Positions 61,722-64,000 of a stretch of DNA of 64,000 bases are shown one piece after another; within the stretch, counting starts at the first letter, position 1; each line of letters opens with the position of its first letter. The notes under the pieces were generated by a model. It made no database searches. It was not told where the DNA came from and worked only from the letters and a program-made list of their open reading frames with translations. The stretch lies in the IMG/VR virus record IMGVR_UViG_3300029194_000183, positions 9,970 through 73,969 of that record; one strand, given 5' to 3'. The translations under genes and the position numbers were made by a program. The DNA comes from a virus.

Positions 61722-62057
61722 TCACATGACTGCCGCAGCCGAGAGATTCCTTTTAGCAGCTTTTCTCTCGGCTCGTTCCCGTGCCTTTGCCCTGCCTCGC
61801 TCCCAGCGTTCAACATTGATATCTGCCTGCCGCTTTGCCTCCTGCATCAGGATTTCCGGGTCCAGTTCAGTCAAAGTCCGATACCACTTCGAGTGGAAGA
61901 ATCGCTCCAGCTTCTTTTTGCTGGACCGGTGTTTCCATTCCTCCGGCTCCTGCACCAGCTTGAACAGTGCTTTCCGATAATCCTTGAATGCCTGCAAAAC
62001 GATGGCGTTTGCCAGTTCTGCGTAGCACTCGGCATACTCAACATTTCCCATCGCCAC
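61722..62057 (-). CDS. Hypothetical protein
   Basis: 111 aa, basic C-terminus. No domain recognised. Confidence 0.35.
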   Translation of the reverse strand: MAMGNVEYAECYAELANAIVLQAFKDYRKALFKLVQEPEEWKHRSSKKKLERFFHSKWYRTLTELDPEILMQEAKRQADINVERWERGRAKARERAERKAAKRNLSAAAVM

Positions 62058-62754
62058 TCTCCTTTGTGTCGTACCACGGCTTCACGAGCCGCTTGCCCTC
62101 AAGGCTGCAAGGATAGAGCTGGATGTCGTACCACGCCAGCTCATACATCTCATCCAGCAGACGGCGGTTGGGTTCCGGCAGGTTTGCGGCATACTGGATG
62201 AACGCCTCGATAAACCGGGACTGGCTCGTTTCATCCTTCATCTGCCGTGCATAAACCGCCTCAGCGAACCGAAAGCACTGTTTCTTGTGCTGCTGAATCC
62301 AGTCGTACTTCCAAGTGATGGCTTTGAGGAGCGTTTTGCGGCTCTCATCCGACGTGACCTTGGGCATGGCCGCCTGCTGGCCCTTTTCTCGCAGACGGGT
62401 GTAGCGTTCCCACGCTCTGTCCTCACTGCTGAAAATCAGCCGACAGCGTAGTTCCTCCAGTCGGACGACATACATAAGCCGACTGATTTCATTTTCGTAG
62501 AGGTCTTTGACCAGAAAGTCAAAGTTCATTTTGAGGTCAGCGGTGCGGCGCACCGGATTGTCCCCCAGCAGCTCACAGAGCAAGCCGGGTTCCCGGATGG
62601 GACGGAACATCGCATACGGAATTGTGAAGCCAACTTCATCGTGCTTGGGCTTGGTTGCTGCCACCGGCTTGGTAGTTTTATAGCGGTAATCGCTGTGTTC
62701 AAGGCTCAGACCAGTATTGCGGTCTTTCTCGTTCAAAAACAAAATCTTATCCAT
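62038..62754 (-). CDS. Hypothetical protein (about 238 aa from the internal Met)
   Basis: ATG (MDKILFLNEKD...) lies 7 nt after a GGAGG RBS and overlaps the helicase stop (ATGA). The upstream part of the track ORF is the antisense continuation of helicase coding. Confidence 0.4.
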   Translation of the reverse strand: MDKILFLNEKDRNTGLSLEHSDYRYKTTKPVAATKPKHDEVGFTIPYAMFRPIREPGLLCELLGDNPVRRTADLKMNFDFLVKDLYENEISRLMYVVRLEELRCRLIFSSEDRAWERYTRLREKGQQAAMPKVTSDESRKTLLKAITWKYDWIQQHKKQCFRFAEAVYARQMKDETSQSRFIEAFIQYAANLPEPNRRLLDEMYELAWYDIQLYPCSLEGKRLVKPWYDTKESGDGKC

Positions 62755-62756
62755 TC

Positions 62757-64000
62757 TCATTCCTCCAGCCGTGCTTTGACGGCAGAAATCAGCTTTTCTT
62801 GTGTCATGTCTTTCTGTTCCAAGGCTGCCATCACATCCTCGTCCACTGTGTCCTTTGTGATGATGTGGTGGATGGTGACCACCTGTGTCTGGCCCTGCCG
62901 CCAGAGGCGGGCATTGGTCTGCTGGTAGAGTTCGAGACTCCATGTCAGACCGAACCAAATCAGGATGTGTCCGCCCTGTTGGATGTTCAGACCATGTCCA
63001 GCCGATGCCGGGTGGATCAGGGCAACCGGGATCTTGCCGGCATTCCAATCCTTGATGTCATCGCTGGTCTTGATGTCGCGCACCGGGATCTTGAGCTTCG
63101 TCAGATGGTTGATGATGCGCTCCCGGTCATGCTTGAACCAGTAGGCCACCAGCACCGACTGTCCATTGGCAGCTTCGATGAGGTCTTCCAGTGCCTCCAG
63201 CTTGTGGTCATGCAGGATTCGCGCTTTGCTGTTCTCGTCATAGACCGCGCCATTGCTCATCTGCAACAATTTTCCAGTCAGCGATGCAGCGTTGGCAGCA
63301 TCTATGTCCCCGTCCTTCAAGGGGATCAGGAGGTCTTGCTTGAGCATATCGTAGAGCTTGCGTTCCTCGGCGTTCATCTCAACCTCATATCGAGTCGGGA
63401 TGCAGTCCGGCATATTCAGGTAGTCCAGAGCCTTCATGGAGATGGTGATGTCCGAAATGCGCTGGTAGATCAGCTCCTCGGCTCCCTCTTTGGGCTTGTA
63501 CTGGAATACCACACCGCTGGACGGATTCATGGATGCTGCCTTGAAGTAGGCTTCTCGGTAGCGGCCGATGAACTTGCCCAAACGCTGACCTCCATCCAAA
63601 ATTCCGATTTCACTCCAGAGGTCCATGAGGCCATTGGAGGACGGTGTGCCGGTCAGTCCGACCCAGCGTTTCACATATGGGCGGACTTTGCGCAGAAACT
63701 TAAAGCGCTGGGACTGGTAGTTCTTGAACGATGACAGCTCATCGATCACGACCATGCCAAAATCCCAGCGCATTCCGTTCTTCTCGTAGTACTCCACCAG
63801 CCACTTGACGTTTTCCCGGTTGACCACATAGATCATAGCCGGATGGTGGACAGCAGCGATGCGTGTCTTCACATCGCCCACGACGATTGAAATGTCCAGA
63901 TTTTTCAGGTGATCCCACTTCTCGATCTCAGCCGGCCATGTGTCTCTTGCGACACGCAGCGGCGCAATGATGAGAACCTTGTTGACCTCAAATGTGTTCA
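62757..64000 (-). CDS. SNF2-family helicase, C-terminal part (5' end beyond the window)
   Basis: DExx box VVIDELSSFKN; helicase C motifs ...LVAYWFKHDRERI...ALIHPASAGHGLNIQQGGHILIWFGLTWSLELYQQTNARLWRQGQ. Motif I is not present, so the ORF continues past 64000. Confidence 0.8.
   Translation of the reverse strand, partial: NTFEVNKVLIIAPLRVARDTWPAEIEKWDHLKNLDISIVVGDVKTRIAAVHHPAMIYVVNRENVKWLVEYYEKNGMRWDFGMVVIDELSSFKNYQSQRFKFLRKVRPYVKRWVGLTGTPSSNGLMDLWSEIGILDGGQRLGKFIGRYREAYFKAASMNPSSGVVFQYKPKEGAEELIYQRISDITISMKALDYLNMPDCIPTRYEVEMNAEERKLYDMLKQDLLIPLKDGDIDAANAASLTGKLLQMSNGAVYDENSKARILHDHKLEALEDLIEAANGQSVLVAYWFKHDRERIINHLTKLKIPVRDIKTSDDIKDWNAGKIPVALIHPASAGHGLNIQQGGHILIWFGLTWSLELYQQTNARLWRQGQTQVVTIHHIITKDTVDEDVMAALEQKDMTQEKLISAVKARLEE

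Larger units (their letters stand above)
620..64000 (-). mobile_element. Integrated siphovirus-like prophage, possibly with an adjacent serine-recombinase module; the right end is outside the window
   Basis: Contiguous minus-strand phage modules for replication, packaging, head, tail, lysis and serine recombinases. The left edge interrupts a surface-protein gene and the right edge is a partial helicase gene. Confidence 0.8.

Noticed and set aside
1-64000. CRISPR array, DGR (reverse transcriptase plus template repeat), tRNA or rRNA genes
   Set aside because: No short spaced direct repeats were seen and no ORF has reverse-transcriptase motifs. Nothing resembling a tRNA cloverleaf was recognised by eye in the few non-coding gaps, though tRNAscan should be run to confirm. 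The only periodic repeats are protein-coding (tape measure, Tal) or the promoter cassettes and iterons described above.

Overview
This 64-kb window (about 58% GC, Clostridia-like Firmicutes codon usage) is almost entirely one temperate siphovirus-type prophage, with nearly every gene on the minus strand. The left border (about 620–1000) cuts off the 3' end of a Cna-B-type surface-protein gene; the right border lies beyond the window (partial SNF2 helicase). Reading with transcription, right to left:
- Replication/early region: SNF2 helicase, two RinA/ArpU-like regulator candidates, a MazF/PemK-like protein, a P4-type primase-helicase, an iteron-rich candidate origin, phage-borne metK, an HNH nuclease, three DNA methyltransferases (ParB-fused N6/N4, a second N6/N4, and a 782-aa multi-TRD cytosine-5 MTase), an NlpC/P60 peptidase, an amidoligase cluster (two amidoligase-like, two GGCT-like, DUF3846, DUF4314), and an array of small early genes each preceded by its own copy of a conserved ~85-bp promoter/leader cassette (at least 11 copies).
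- Packaging and head: TerS, TerL, holin-like small protein, portal, ClpP-type protease, HK97-fold major capsid protein, head-tail joining proteins.
- Tail: major tail protein, an SPFH/band-7 moron, tail chaperone with a sequence-visible -1 frameshift site, a Phd/RelE toxin-antitoxin moron, a 1941-aa tape measure, Dit, Tal, a BppU-like protein, and two giant fibers sharing an N-terminal module (one ending in a CotH-like domain, one in an SGNH hydrolase).
- Lysis and integration: holin, an SH3b/LysM protein, an amidase-glucosaminidase-SH3b endolysin, then three tandem serine recombinases.
- Left-hand module: XRE regulator, AAA ATPase, a fourth 653-aa serine recombinase, and two stand-alone paralogs of its C-terminal domain.

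No rRNA, tRNA, CRISPR array, reverse transcriptase or DGR was recognised. ORF coordinates come from the supplied track (which uses ATG/GTG/TTG starts). Coordinates for non-ORF features were read by eye and may be off by a few nt.
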